64,000 bases of DNA from Camelus ferus. Its lineage: Eukaryota. Within the stretch, counting starts at the first letter, position 1; the number at the start of each line of letters is the position of its first letter. Position numbers and translations under genes: made by a program. The stretch spans positions 45,510,001 to 45,574,000 of the forward strand of contig NC_045697.1 of NCBI RefSeq assembly GCF_009834535.1. Reading direction: 5' to 3'. Positions 53,655 through 64,000 of this stretch are shown in pieces. The notes beneath the pieces are model-generated. The model was not told where the DNA came from, did not search any database, and was given only the letters and a program-made list of their open reading frames with translations.

Positions 53655-53950
53655 AAATGTATACAAAACAGAAACAGACTCATAGACACAGAAAACAAAT
53701 TTATGGTTACAAAGGGAAAGGGAAAGGGAAAGGGAAAGGGAGAGAGATAAATTAGGAGTATAGGATTAACAGATACAAACTACATAAAATAGATAAGCAA
53801 CAGAACTTATTGTATAGCATAGGGAATTATATTCAATATCTTGCAATAACCTATTAATGGAAAATATAAAATATATATATAACTGAATCACTTTGCCGTA
53901 CCCCTAAAACAAAACAATATTGTAAATCAATTATACTTTAATAAAAGAAG
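53655..53950 (+). mobile_element. Artiodactyl L1 3'UTR fragment
   Basis: 'acaaaacagaaacagactcatagac...tattgtaaatcaattatactttaataaaa'. Confidence 0.9.
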
Positions 53951-54429
53951 AACAAATCTAAATTAGACTTAGTTGGGGAGGCAGCTCCTAAAATTATAAG
54001 GATTAAGAGAAAATTACATCTTAATAAAAGTTACTTTTATTTAAAAATAAAACAAAATAAAATGTGATATTTGAATAATTCATTTAGACTACTTTCAATT
54101 GAAATTTTAAATTTATGAACTATACTAAAACTTATATGAGAACATGAGTCAGTACATTTATACATTTAATTTATTAAATTTATGAGTTATTTAAATGTTT
54201 ATGAAAGCTTGTTAGTTGGAAATTTGAAATCACTAGAAAATTGAATGTAAGGAAGTTCATAGATAAAATTTAAAATGTTTGAAGTTATTTAGTTAACTAA
54301 ACTTTAGAAGAACTCATAAAAATTATTGCTAAAATTTCATCAAATCTGTATAGATAGAACAAAATAATTTGTACACATAGTTAAATTATAATTAGAGTTT
54401 TGAACTTATAAATGTAATAAAGCAAACAT

Positions 54430-55560
54430 TTATTTCAAAAACAATCTCAGACTTACAGAAAAGTTGCAAGTACAGCACAAAGATTTTTTTTTCCTCAGAG
54501 ATATTTATAAATAATTTGTTGATGATGCACCTTGAGTCCCAAATGCTTTAGTGTAATTTCCTACAATCAAGGACATTTTCTTATATAACCACAATATAAT
54601 CATCAAAATCAGGACATAAACGTTTTTACATTACGACCATCTAATCTTTAGAAACCATTCAATTTTCACCAATTGTCCCCCAATTCCCTTTATAGGATAT
54701 GGATAAGACTCAGAATCCTGTGTTGCCTTGATCATGTCTCTCTGGTTTCCCTCAGTCTGGGACGATTTCTCGGACTTCTGCTTTGATGATCTTGACACTT
54801 TTGAAGATACTAGGCCAGTTATTTTGTATAATGTCCCTGGATTTGGGTTTGTCTGTATTTTTTCCTCTTGATTAGGTTCAGGGTATGTAACTTTGGCAGG
54901 ATTATTACAAAAGGGATGCTGAGTTCCTCTGTTGCATCTTATTTGGTGGGGAACAAATCAGTGCACCTCATTACTAATCATATTCTCTTTGATCATTTAC
55001 TGAAAATGGTGTCTTCCAGGCTTTTCCATTGTTCCCTCTGTAATTAATAAATATTTTGTGGGAGATACTATGTAAATATCCTGTTGCTCATCAAACTTTC
55101 CATTTATTCATTTATGTAGAAACCTTATGGTTTCCTTTTTTGTGCCTGTTGTCATCATTGCTTATTTTGATGCCTGAACTTTCCCAGGTTTGGCCAGTGG
55201 GAACCTTTTCAGGGTAGATTCTGTGTCCTTTTGATAAGTCCCCTTCATTTTTCCAGAACTTCTTTTCTTTCTGGCACAGATATTCCAGACACTTGTACTT
55301 TCCCTATCTCAGCCTCAGAATCAAGCCATTTTTCCAAGAATCCCTTCTTGCCTTTGGCAAAAAAAAAAAAAAAGGCGTTGAGAAATTAAGATCTGGGTGC
55401 TAGGTGTGCTCACTGATATTGAGTGTTGCTGCCCCAAGTCCCTCTCAGTGGAAAGAGCACTGGAATATGTGCACACACATACATTAACATATAGTCTATC
55501 TGTTGTACGTATTGAAAATGATGAGTTCACACCAAGACATCCAATTCTAATTTACCACCA
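54430..55560 (-). mobile_element. L1MC/L1MD-type 3'UTR fragment
   Basis: 'agacttacagaaaagttgcaa...aaggacattttcttatataaccacaat...agatctgggtgctaggtgtgctca'. Confidence 0.85.
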
Positions 55561-56398
55561 CTCTACTCACCCAGACTGGGATCTGACACCTTGTATCAGA
55601 CCATCACCTCCCCCATGAATACCCTCTTCTCACCCTTTTGGAACTGGGGACACCCTGCTCTGGCTCTCCCATCCCCATCCCCACACTGAGCAGACTTCCA
55701 CCTTGCTTGGCCCCACCTAATTGCTTAGAACTGGATTATTTAGAAAGGGAAGAGAAGACAATGGGAAGGAAAAGAGGAAGACTAAATATTAATTTCAAAT
55801 AACAAATGGCCTCTGACCATCTTTTCTGCACAAAAGCCACCTGCAGGGGCACATTAGGAAAACATGTTCTTCACTATTATGAAGTCCTCATTTCTCTAAA
55901 ATCTGATTTTCTTTAGATTCCATTTTCTTGGCTTCATGGGGTTCATATTGTCCAGGCATATAAACATAGCAAACACTTTAATGACTTTTGTACATCATCT
56001 CATGGGATATTTCATACTATATTTACTTACGTAGTGCTATTGAAAACCTTGTATTTATATTTCCTTATGCTTGTTTTCCAATTTGAGGCCTCTCATCAAT
56101 ATTCAATGATTTTAGGAGATCGCACTGCCACATAGCATAAGGTCTGGCTCACTATATTTGGCAATAGTAGGACCTGGACCATTTTTGGAATATTTGGATA
56201 CATCTGGAAAACCTGAACTACAAAATAAGTTTCTATATCTCTGAAGTAGCAACAAGATTTTTTCCCATCAACTGTTACAATCAGCTTCAGTGCTTCGTGG
56301 AAAAATTTTTAGAAAAACTTCTTATCAAATTAAGAAGCTATTTATACCATAAAAAGATAGACAAGATTATGATTTTCTTTCTAATTTCTTTATCAACT

Positions 56399-56437
56399 TT
56401 TATTATTCTAATTTGCCTTAGACAGGACTTATTTATT
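56399..56437 (-). terminator. CFAP299: Two AATAAA polyadenylation signals of CFAP299 (56432-56437 and 56399-56404)
   Basis: TTTATT on the plus strand, ~73 and ~106 nt past the stop codon. Confidence 0.75.
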
Positions 56438-56509
56438 ATCCTAATTTGCTTCTGGTTAAAGGATTCAAACTTAGCAAACCATTAGGGAACCATCTAACGT
56501 GGTTGGTAC

Positions 56510-56605
56510 TTAAGTCTTTCTTCTGGAAACATGGTCAAAAATGACAGCTTGTATGTAGAGCTCTGTCTGGATAGGGGTTCTAGTAGAGTTGTCACCTGGT
56601 TGTGC
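56510..56605 (-). CDS. CFAP299: Cilia- and flagella-associated protein 299 (C4orf22), last coding exon: 31 aa + stop
   Basis: The minus strand reads tatgtattttag|GCA CAA CCA GGT GAC AAC ... AGA AGA AAG ACT TAA = [31 protein letters not shown], matching the CFAP299 C-terminus. It has an AG acceptor at 56606-56607 and downstream AATAAA signals, and fits the conserved FGF5-CFAP299-BMP3-PRKG2 gene order. Confidence 0.93.
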   Translation of the reverse strand, partial: AQPGDNSTRTPIQTELYIQAVIFDHVSRRKT

Positions 56606-57299
56606 CTAAAATACATAAATCATATTGTTAATCAGTCCAGTCCATGAAAATAACTAGCATTATATGAATTGTCTTCTTGCTTCAGTGTTGTAGCAAACAG
56701 AACTAAGAATGCTGTGGCCATGCAGACATGTCCCACCCCAACCCATATTCTTTTTCTCAGGAGCAGAGATAATTCTAATCAGGAGCTTTGAAGCCTCAGG
56801 TTGTGACATTACTGAAAAATCTAGGATCAAAGCAGTGTCCCAGGTTCATGCTTGTCTAGACTCTGCTGAACCCCATGGGTCACTGACTTTGCAGAATTCC
56901 CAGGGAAGGGCTTTGCAAACACATGTTATTGCAGGGTAATAAGTCAAAAGGAATCCTATCTAGATTTCAAGTTTGTCAAATAGAAATATCTCAAGTTTGA
57001 GATTGGTTCAGACTAGTGGAACTAACTACCTGTCCAAGGTGAGTTTCATGAAACGCTTCTTATCAGTTTAAAAACTATTTGATCTGCTTTTTTCCCCTTT
57101 CACATTATACTCTGAAAAAAGATTCAATCCTTTTACTTTTATTCAGGATAGTCTGTCATACTTATAGGCTCCTAGGGAGCTCCTATGGGAGCAAGTATTT
57201 CCTAATATAGTATTGATAAGAGAGAAGACAGATACTAAAAGGGTTAGATAATATCTATAATTGGAAAACATTAGTCATTGGGCATTTTCCATATTTGAT

Positions 57300-60200
57300 G
57301 CACAAAAGAAACGTGTTACTTGCTCTCTCATCTTCTCTTATAGGAAATGATGACAAGAAATTTAGATCTGGGACTAGAGAGAAGCTTTGATATTCCCTTT
57401 TCTCCATAGTAGTCAATTTCTTGTGCCAGAGAGAAAGAATACGTTGGACTCATCTTTCCTTAAACAGAGTTAGTAAAATTGTAAAGATCTTGAAATGAGT
57501 AAAACAAACAGAGTAGGGGGTCTTGAGTGGCTCACCTATCCACATTTTTTTCTGTTCTGGTGCTATTTTACAAATCTTTAAATTGGAGAAAACTGATAAT
57601 AATGCAAAATATTCTTGTCTACAAAGATGCAAATGAATTGTGCCCAGTGGTATGGAACTGATAATTGCCCAGTATTGGGACCTGCTTTGCATCTATTTGC
57701 AAGTTAATTTCAATTTTTCTTTTTCCCTATATATGTTCTGCTCTTTGAATTCTCCTTTGAACTGCTTTGTAATATCTTACTAGTTCAAGCTATAATTAAT
57801 GGATTAAATAAAATCTTTGGTCCATTCATTTTATACAAGAGTTACAATTACATCCTTTTAAGAAAAACTAACTTGTCAACATTTTGGAAGTTCCACTTGC
57901 ATGCCCTGTGGATTCACCTGACAGTTGAGTAGCCTGTGATCCCAGTGTTGTCCTCCCTCCTGGGCGACTTGAACTCTTTCTTTTCTTGGTTCCCAGAGGT
58001 AAATCTCCAGTAGCAAAATAACTTTAACTCTGCTGATCCTCTGTTGTTTTTTTCTACATATTTTCCTGTTTACTATTTTTGCATTTTGTTTTTGTAACTT
58101 TTACAATGGATAAATTATTCCCCATTGGTGACAACAATGATTTGGAATTTGATTTTGCGGGTTAACCTTTGTGATCTCAGTAAATAAATTAATAGATTAC
58201 CAAGATGTATTCTTTCTTAAGTGAGAGACAACAGAGAATCTGACTTGTTAGTTTTTTTCCCTTTGTCTGTTTATTTTGAAGAAACTAAGAATCTCATGCC
58301 CATTAGGAAAAAGGACAACTTTTTGATATATGGACTGATAACTTTTTTGTGTTTACTTCTGGTCTGCAGCTAATGTTTAGATCTGAAGCTGTAAGCTCCC
58401 TATGTGTCTCTGTGTATATATATGCTTAGAATTCAGAAAGGCCTTGACATGTTTAAGTATGAGTATATAATATCTTCCTATCTTTGGAGGGAACTAATAC
58501 ATTAGATTTAAATGTCTACTCTTAATTAAAGAAACTCTGTTCTGATTGGCCTATACAGTTCTTATATAAATGAGTTCTTATGCAAGTCAAATATTTATAA
58601 AATTCCAGGAAAATGTGGAAAGTAAAATTTTGATACGTTAAACATGATATATTTAAAAAGTTAGTCTCAGAAATGTTTTAAAAATGTAATGTCATATAAC
58701 TGAGATAAATATTTGGTAAATCAGACTAGTGTAATAATTTTGGTTGAATACAAACAGCTTGTCCTCTGATTTATCAGTGTTAGGTATAACATAAGCATAC
58801 ATTTTATTCTACTGTACTTGGGTGTACTTGTCTTAAACTTATTAAGATATACTGATCAAATGAGCTAACATTACTCCTACACAATATTTAAGATAATGAG
58901 AAATGTAAACTTGTATTCAACAAAATTAAATCATTATTCTGACCACTTCATTTCAACAGTAATTTTATTATTTAGTATTTCAGCTTGAATATAATTCCCC
59001 AGATCTTTAGATGACCATTAGGTTGAATGACATAATGAATATTTATTTGATATCTAGATAGTTTCTAACTAAGATAGAATACTGAAAATTTGGTGCCTAA
59101 TTATTAGGCATAATTTTAAGTTTATATACTTTTACTTATATCCTATGGAAAGTTTGTATCTTGGGTCATGTTAATGAATCTGTTCATTTTGTCTCTTAAA
59201 AAGGTGTATGTGTAGCTGTAGAAAGTTGCAGCATAAACTTTTGTCTCTTAAAGTGCTTTTGGAAGAGAGATAGTTCTTAGTTATCTATCTCTAGTTTTTA
59301 CTATGAAATAGAAGTTACTTTGATTAAAAAATCACAATTAATGACTAGGTGAGACCACATATAAGCAACAGGGACAGACTAATACCACTAATTGTTTTTG
59401 TGTTTCAAAGAGAAAGCAGTTTATCACATAGTGGAGGTTTTATAACAGTATACAGTAGTAATTAAATATACATTTATATATATTTATAACCTACATATAA
59501 TTTTATATGTTTATAATTTATATAATTACTATTGTATGCTGCATAATTATATATACTATAAATAACTATATATTATATATGTGTGTATATATATTTATAA
59601 AAGTGCTTTTCAGGCTTCTGTTTTTCTTCTTTTGTTCTATCTCAAAATCCCTGTTAAATCTTGGGTCTTACGGAGGACTCCAAAGAAATTTTATGTGAAT
59701 TATAATTATTAATATTTACCATATTGGAAGTGGAAATTGAGAAAATTTAAAATATTAATTCATTTAACCATAGCAATGATGAATACACATTGAAAGGTTA
59801 ACAGAAATAACATCTTAGTATGAATATAAAAATTATTTTGAGTTCATGGATCCCCTGAGAATTGCTCTGATACAATAAAAAAGCAAAATGAAGGACAAAA
59901 TTTGGAAGTATATTTTACTTGCCTTGGTTTATAGTACCTGAGTCTGAAAAGATGTGATGAAATCTGCTAAAATTTTAGTAAAGTTTGCCTTATCTTGAAA
60001 GGCTTGCTTTCTTGGCTTACTGGTTAAGTCCCTTGCTTACCATATGAAAGGGATTCCTTTTTTTTAACCTATGTAATCTGTTTAGGTGGCAAATAGTCTG
60101 TGCCTTACGAGAATAATTTTCTATCCTTTGTGTTGAATTTATTACATCCTTGATTGTTTAAGAAAGAGAATAAATAAATGAAAGAGAGCAAAGAACAAAA

Positions 60201-62400
60201 TTCCTCACTTATAAAGAGCTAAGGTTTTTTACTATCATGTTACTGTAAGGTTTATTTTAAACATTTTAAATTGTTTTAAATGTTCCTTTAATTAAATAGT
60301 TAACTCAGCATTATTTTTGTAGCACCCTGATCCTATCTTAATTAAGCATCCAAATATCCTCAGACAATTGTCCCCTGATTTTTCCCATTCCATAATTGGA
60401 TCTTAAGTACAGAAAAGAATCAATAAAACCTTCAAGATATATTTTACACTTGAAGCTATCTTTCAGATTTCCCAGGGGGCCCCTGGAAAAATCACAAAGA
60501 CTTATCTTTCATCTTGCAGGTGCTAGAAAGAATTAGATTTTTCCATAGAATTCTGTGGGAAGGGTGTTACGTCAGAAGAAGTGCTCAGCCTTACTGAAGA
60601 AGATTTGTACAGGTATAATGTTATTAACATCAACATTTCAGAAATGTGTTCTTTTTGGGAAGTCCCTGGAGTTATGTCATTGAACTTGCTATCTTATAAT
60701 ATGGCTTTACTCTCAGGGAAACACTGCTTGCAACTCTTAGGAATATTTCCATCAGGTTTTCCTACATTTATAAGAGTTCTGATTGTGCTGTGTCTGATGA
60801 TATTAGACAACGGTAGTATAATGTATCTGTTATAATTTCAGCTATTGCTTTTAAAGAGACAAATGTTTAGGACTTACTGCAGACTTACTTACAAATCTCT
60901 TTACTTGATATTCTTGGTATAAACAGTCATAGCCTAGGATTATTTGACGTCGTATCTCAAGATTTTTTTCCTCTACAAAACTATTTTCATCTATTTTCCG
61001 AATCAGATATAGCATTCACCAACTTCTTTTAAAACAAATTTAATCATTATCCTTAGATGGTTTGTCTAAATTTTTTTTAAGTGGGGAAGGAGGCAGGGAA
61101 TGGCTTAACCATCTTTTGTTTTGTACGTCACAGAAAGAATTAAACTTGTTTTCTGCATTATCCTTATTATGAACCCATGTCAAACTATTCACATTTGAAA
61201 ATTATTAGTTTCACCACTCAGCCATTTTAAGTCCCTATCACCTACAGATAGCATTGTTTCCCTCGGATGCTTCCCTGGAGTCTCTCTTACAAGTTACAGA
61301 TGAGAATCTGTGTCTTCAACTAAGAATAAAAGTCTCAGAATCTTGTAGAAAAGGACTATATCAGGTACTTCAATTATTGACAATTCAAAGCCGAGCTGAC
61401 ATAGATTAGACAACTTTCAGATTGTACCACGGATGGACTGAGTCAGGATTTCCAGGTCTTGTTTTAGGCTGAACAAGAAGACTGAATACGACAGCTAACC
61501 CAAGATCCAGTGGGGCAGGAATCAATTATAATAGGACTGAATGAACTAATAAGAGAAACTGATTGTGGTTATTTGTCTGGAATATTGTTGATATTCTTTT
61601 AAGGTTCTCTTTTCCAGATATGTAAGAACCACCCTATCTCTTCCCTGCTAAGCAATGTGTAGCCCATAGCAACTTAGTAAAGCCTGCTTCTGTAAACTGA
61701 AGTGAAACATTTTAAAATGATATCTGATTCTCACTTATTCCCCTAGGACTCAGAAATTTTTATAGTCTCCTTACTTTCTATGCTTGTTTACTTATTTGCA
61801 TAGGTTCAATAAGACTCTGCCATGTACATCATACAGTTGGACAAATTGTAAACCAGGGCCTTGCCTGGACTGTCATATTTGCAAACAAGTAGGGACAGCC
61901 ACTCTTCAGGGATTAAGTATGACTTTACTTAATACTTGCCTGCAAAGTCCTGACTTACTTCTTGGCTTAAAAAGTTCAAGAATATTATATATTATATGTA
62001 ACTAACTTTAGAATACTTGGGAGACCTTGAGAAGAGAGGAATTTACCCCAATTTATAGATATTTTAGGGGAAATATGGTGGAGAGTGTTCCTTGGGCTTG
62101 GTCTCCTACCCTCAGGTCAATAAATAAAAGAGGATTTAAAAAATCCAATTTAAGGTTCCTTATGAAAACTCCCAGGCACAATTTAATTTAGCATTTGTTC
62201 AAAATTGTGCAGATTTAGAGTTTACAAAGGAAACTTAAGGTGTCCTATATGGTAAAATAACACTTTTACTGCATCCATGTGAAAAAAAGTCAGGCAACTC
62301 TAATTAGATCAGCTTTTTAAGAATAATCTTTCTTTGAAATTATTACAATAAAAAGAGAGGAGGAGACTGTCAGGGAAAACTGTGAGAGATTTTGAAACGG
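57300..62400 (+). mobile_element. Decayed ERV1-class element (5' LTR end, PBS-Gln and non-coding-type internal region), antisense to CFAP299
   Basis: AATAAA at ~57807, LTR-like end ...TGTCAACA at 57881, then TGGAAGTTCCAC (57885-57896), then AT-rich MER4-group-like internal sequence. Boundaries are uncertain. Confidence 0.6.
59650..59860. mobile_element. Charlie1-like hAT fragment
   Basis: 'gaggactccaaaga...atatttaccatattggaa...gagaaaattt'. Confidence 0.55.
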
Positions 62401-62999
62401 GCAAAAATCAAATAGCGGCTATCTTGACTACTCACTCATCTACGTTTTCTCATCTTTGACATCACAACTCTAAGTTGTAGTAATCTGATAATGCAAATAC
62501 TTCTAGTCTGTATAAATGCAAAGCAGTTGTGTTTGATGCAAGGCAACTGATTTTTGCATTGATTTTGATAGACCAGTTTTGCTTTTATTTATAAATTCAT
62601 TTCATAATCTCCTATTCCCTTTTCATGTCTCTGGTCTTTGAATCCTTGGAACCAATAGTAACATCATATGGGTCCCTTGTTAATTAATGAATTAAAAATC
62701 TCTGACACGTTCATTTTGTACCTGTATGAAAACCATGATTCTACCTTCTTTTAAAAATTATTCTTTAACAATAGATAACAAGGGTGCTAAAAACAATCTC
62801 ACGTACACAACAATAAGAACAACAAACAATGCAGTTAGTTGAGAAAATTCAGCACTCAGGAAACTGACTTCAAATTCACAGCACTGTAAAGAGTTGTTAA
62901 AAGACTTCCACCTGAAGTCACTACTATGTACCAGGAGAGATGGGACTCTAAGCCAAATATAAAATATGAGTAAAGCAAGACAATGAGATAAGATCATTG

Positions 63000-64000
63000 A
63001 TTATAAACTACTGAAAAATAACTGATGGAACAAAGTAAAAAGACTCTAACCTTACTCTATAAAATCTAATACAATATAGAGTTAAATGTATAAAGGAAAC
63101 CATAAACCAACCCAAAAGAAAATATTGGCAAATATTTGTCCATTCTTAGTATGGGAATCTTTTAAAACACAGAAACAATGGAAGAAATCAGAAAAGGAAA
63201 TCAATAGTTAGGACTATATAAAAATTTAAAACTTGCATGTTAAAAAATTCTAAATGTTAAAAGATAGGTATCTAAATCGTCACATGTCACTGAAAATGAG
63301 AGCCAAAGGTTTTCTACTTTTTTATATATAGAATACTTACAATTTAATGGGGAAAAAAGCCCTACTAAAACTGTATAGAAATGTGTGTAGAGAGCAGTAA
63401 CAATTCCTGAAGAAGAAATACAAAAACATGCATGTGAAGGAAATGTTCATCCTTAATGATAATCAAAAATAAAAATCAAAATGACTCCAATAAATTTGAA
63501 TTACAAAATTAAAATTTTAAAAATATGCAAAATAAATAGAGCATAGTGAATGGGTAGTCATAAGCAGTTCAGGTATAATGAAACATTTATAATTTCTAAC
63601 TGCAAACTGATTTGACAATATCTCTCTAAAACTTTCCAACGTATCTATTTTTTGACTAAGCAATTTCCTTTTCAGGAATCCATCTTAAGGAAAAAAATCA
63701 AAAACTTGTTATAGAAAGTTGTTATTTAAACATGAGGGGAAAAACAGAAACCAACCTAAATGTCCATCAGTGGGAAATTCTTACATGAATTATGATCGCT
63801 TTATAGGATAGAATAGTATTTACATTGTTTCACAGCTTGCTATTTGCACTTAATAGTGTGTCTTGAACATCTATTCATACTAGCCCATCAACCTCAGCAA
63901 CTACACCGTTAACTGCTTTTCAGAACTGCTGCATACTATTTCACTGTGTTGAGGTATCACAGTTTATTTAGTCATTGCCCTGTCACGGATATGTAATTTC
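63000..64000. mobile_element. Ancient L1M remnants (plus strand to ~63830, then a minus-strand piece)
   Basis: 'aaaccaacctaaatgtccatcagtggg' and other decayed L1 motifs. Confidence 0.75.

Larger units (their letters stand above)
56606..64000 (-). other. CFAP299: Last intron of CFAP299 (3' part)
   Basis: Upstream of the terminal-exon acceptor; no penultimate exon recognised within the window. Confidence 0.8.

Noticed and set aside
1..64000. CRISPR arrays, operons or a novel multi-gene system
   Set aside because: This is eukaryotic intronic and intergenic DNA. I saw no regularly spaced repeats or unexplained coding clusters.

Overview
Mammalian genomic DNA, very probably camelid: two vic-1-type tRNA-derived SINEs are present and I saw no Alu, Bov-tA or PRE-1 SINEs. 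The window covers the CFAP299-BMP3 interval, with both genes on the minus strand. The left end holds the CpG-island promoter, coding exon 1 (ATG at 4685, splice donor at 4361/4360) and the start of intron 1 of BMP3. The right part holds the last coding exon of CFAP299 (C4orf22) at 56510-56605, which is too short for the supplied ORF track, together with its poly(A) signals and part of its last intron. The ~51 kb between them is intergenic and rich in L1, L2, MIR, MaLR/ERVL/ERV1 LTRs and hAT MITEs. Almost all listed ORFs are chance or low-complexity ORFs. I found no new protein-coding system. The best leads are regulatory: a complete MER41-like solo LTR with an intact STAT GAS motif 18 kb upstream of BMP3, a Z-DNA/G4/H-DNA cluster in the BMP3 promoter, strong CTCF motifs, a duplicated CFAP299 poly(A) signal, a decayed ERV with a tRNA-Gln PBS, and an MLT1 LTR with an abnormally long flanking duplication. 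Repeat family names come from my recognition of consensus sequences, not a database search, and many boundaries are approximate.
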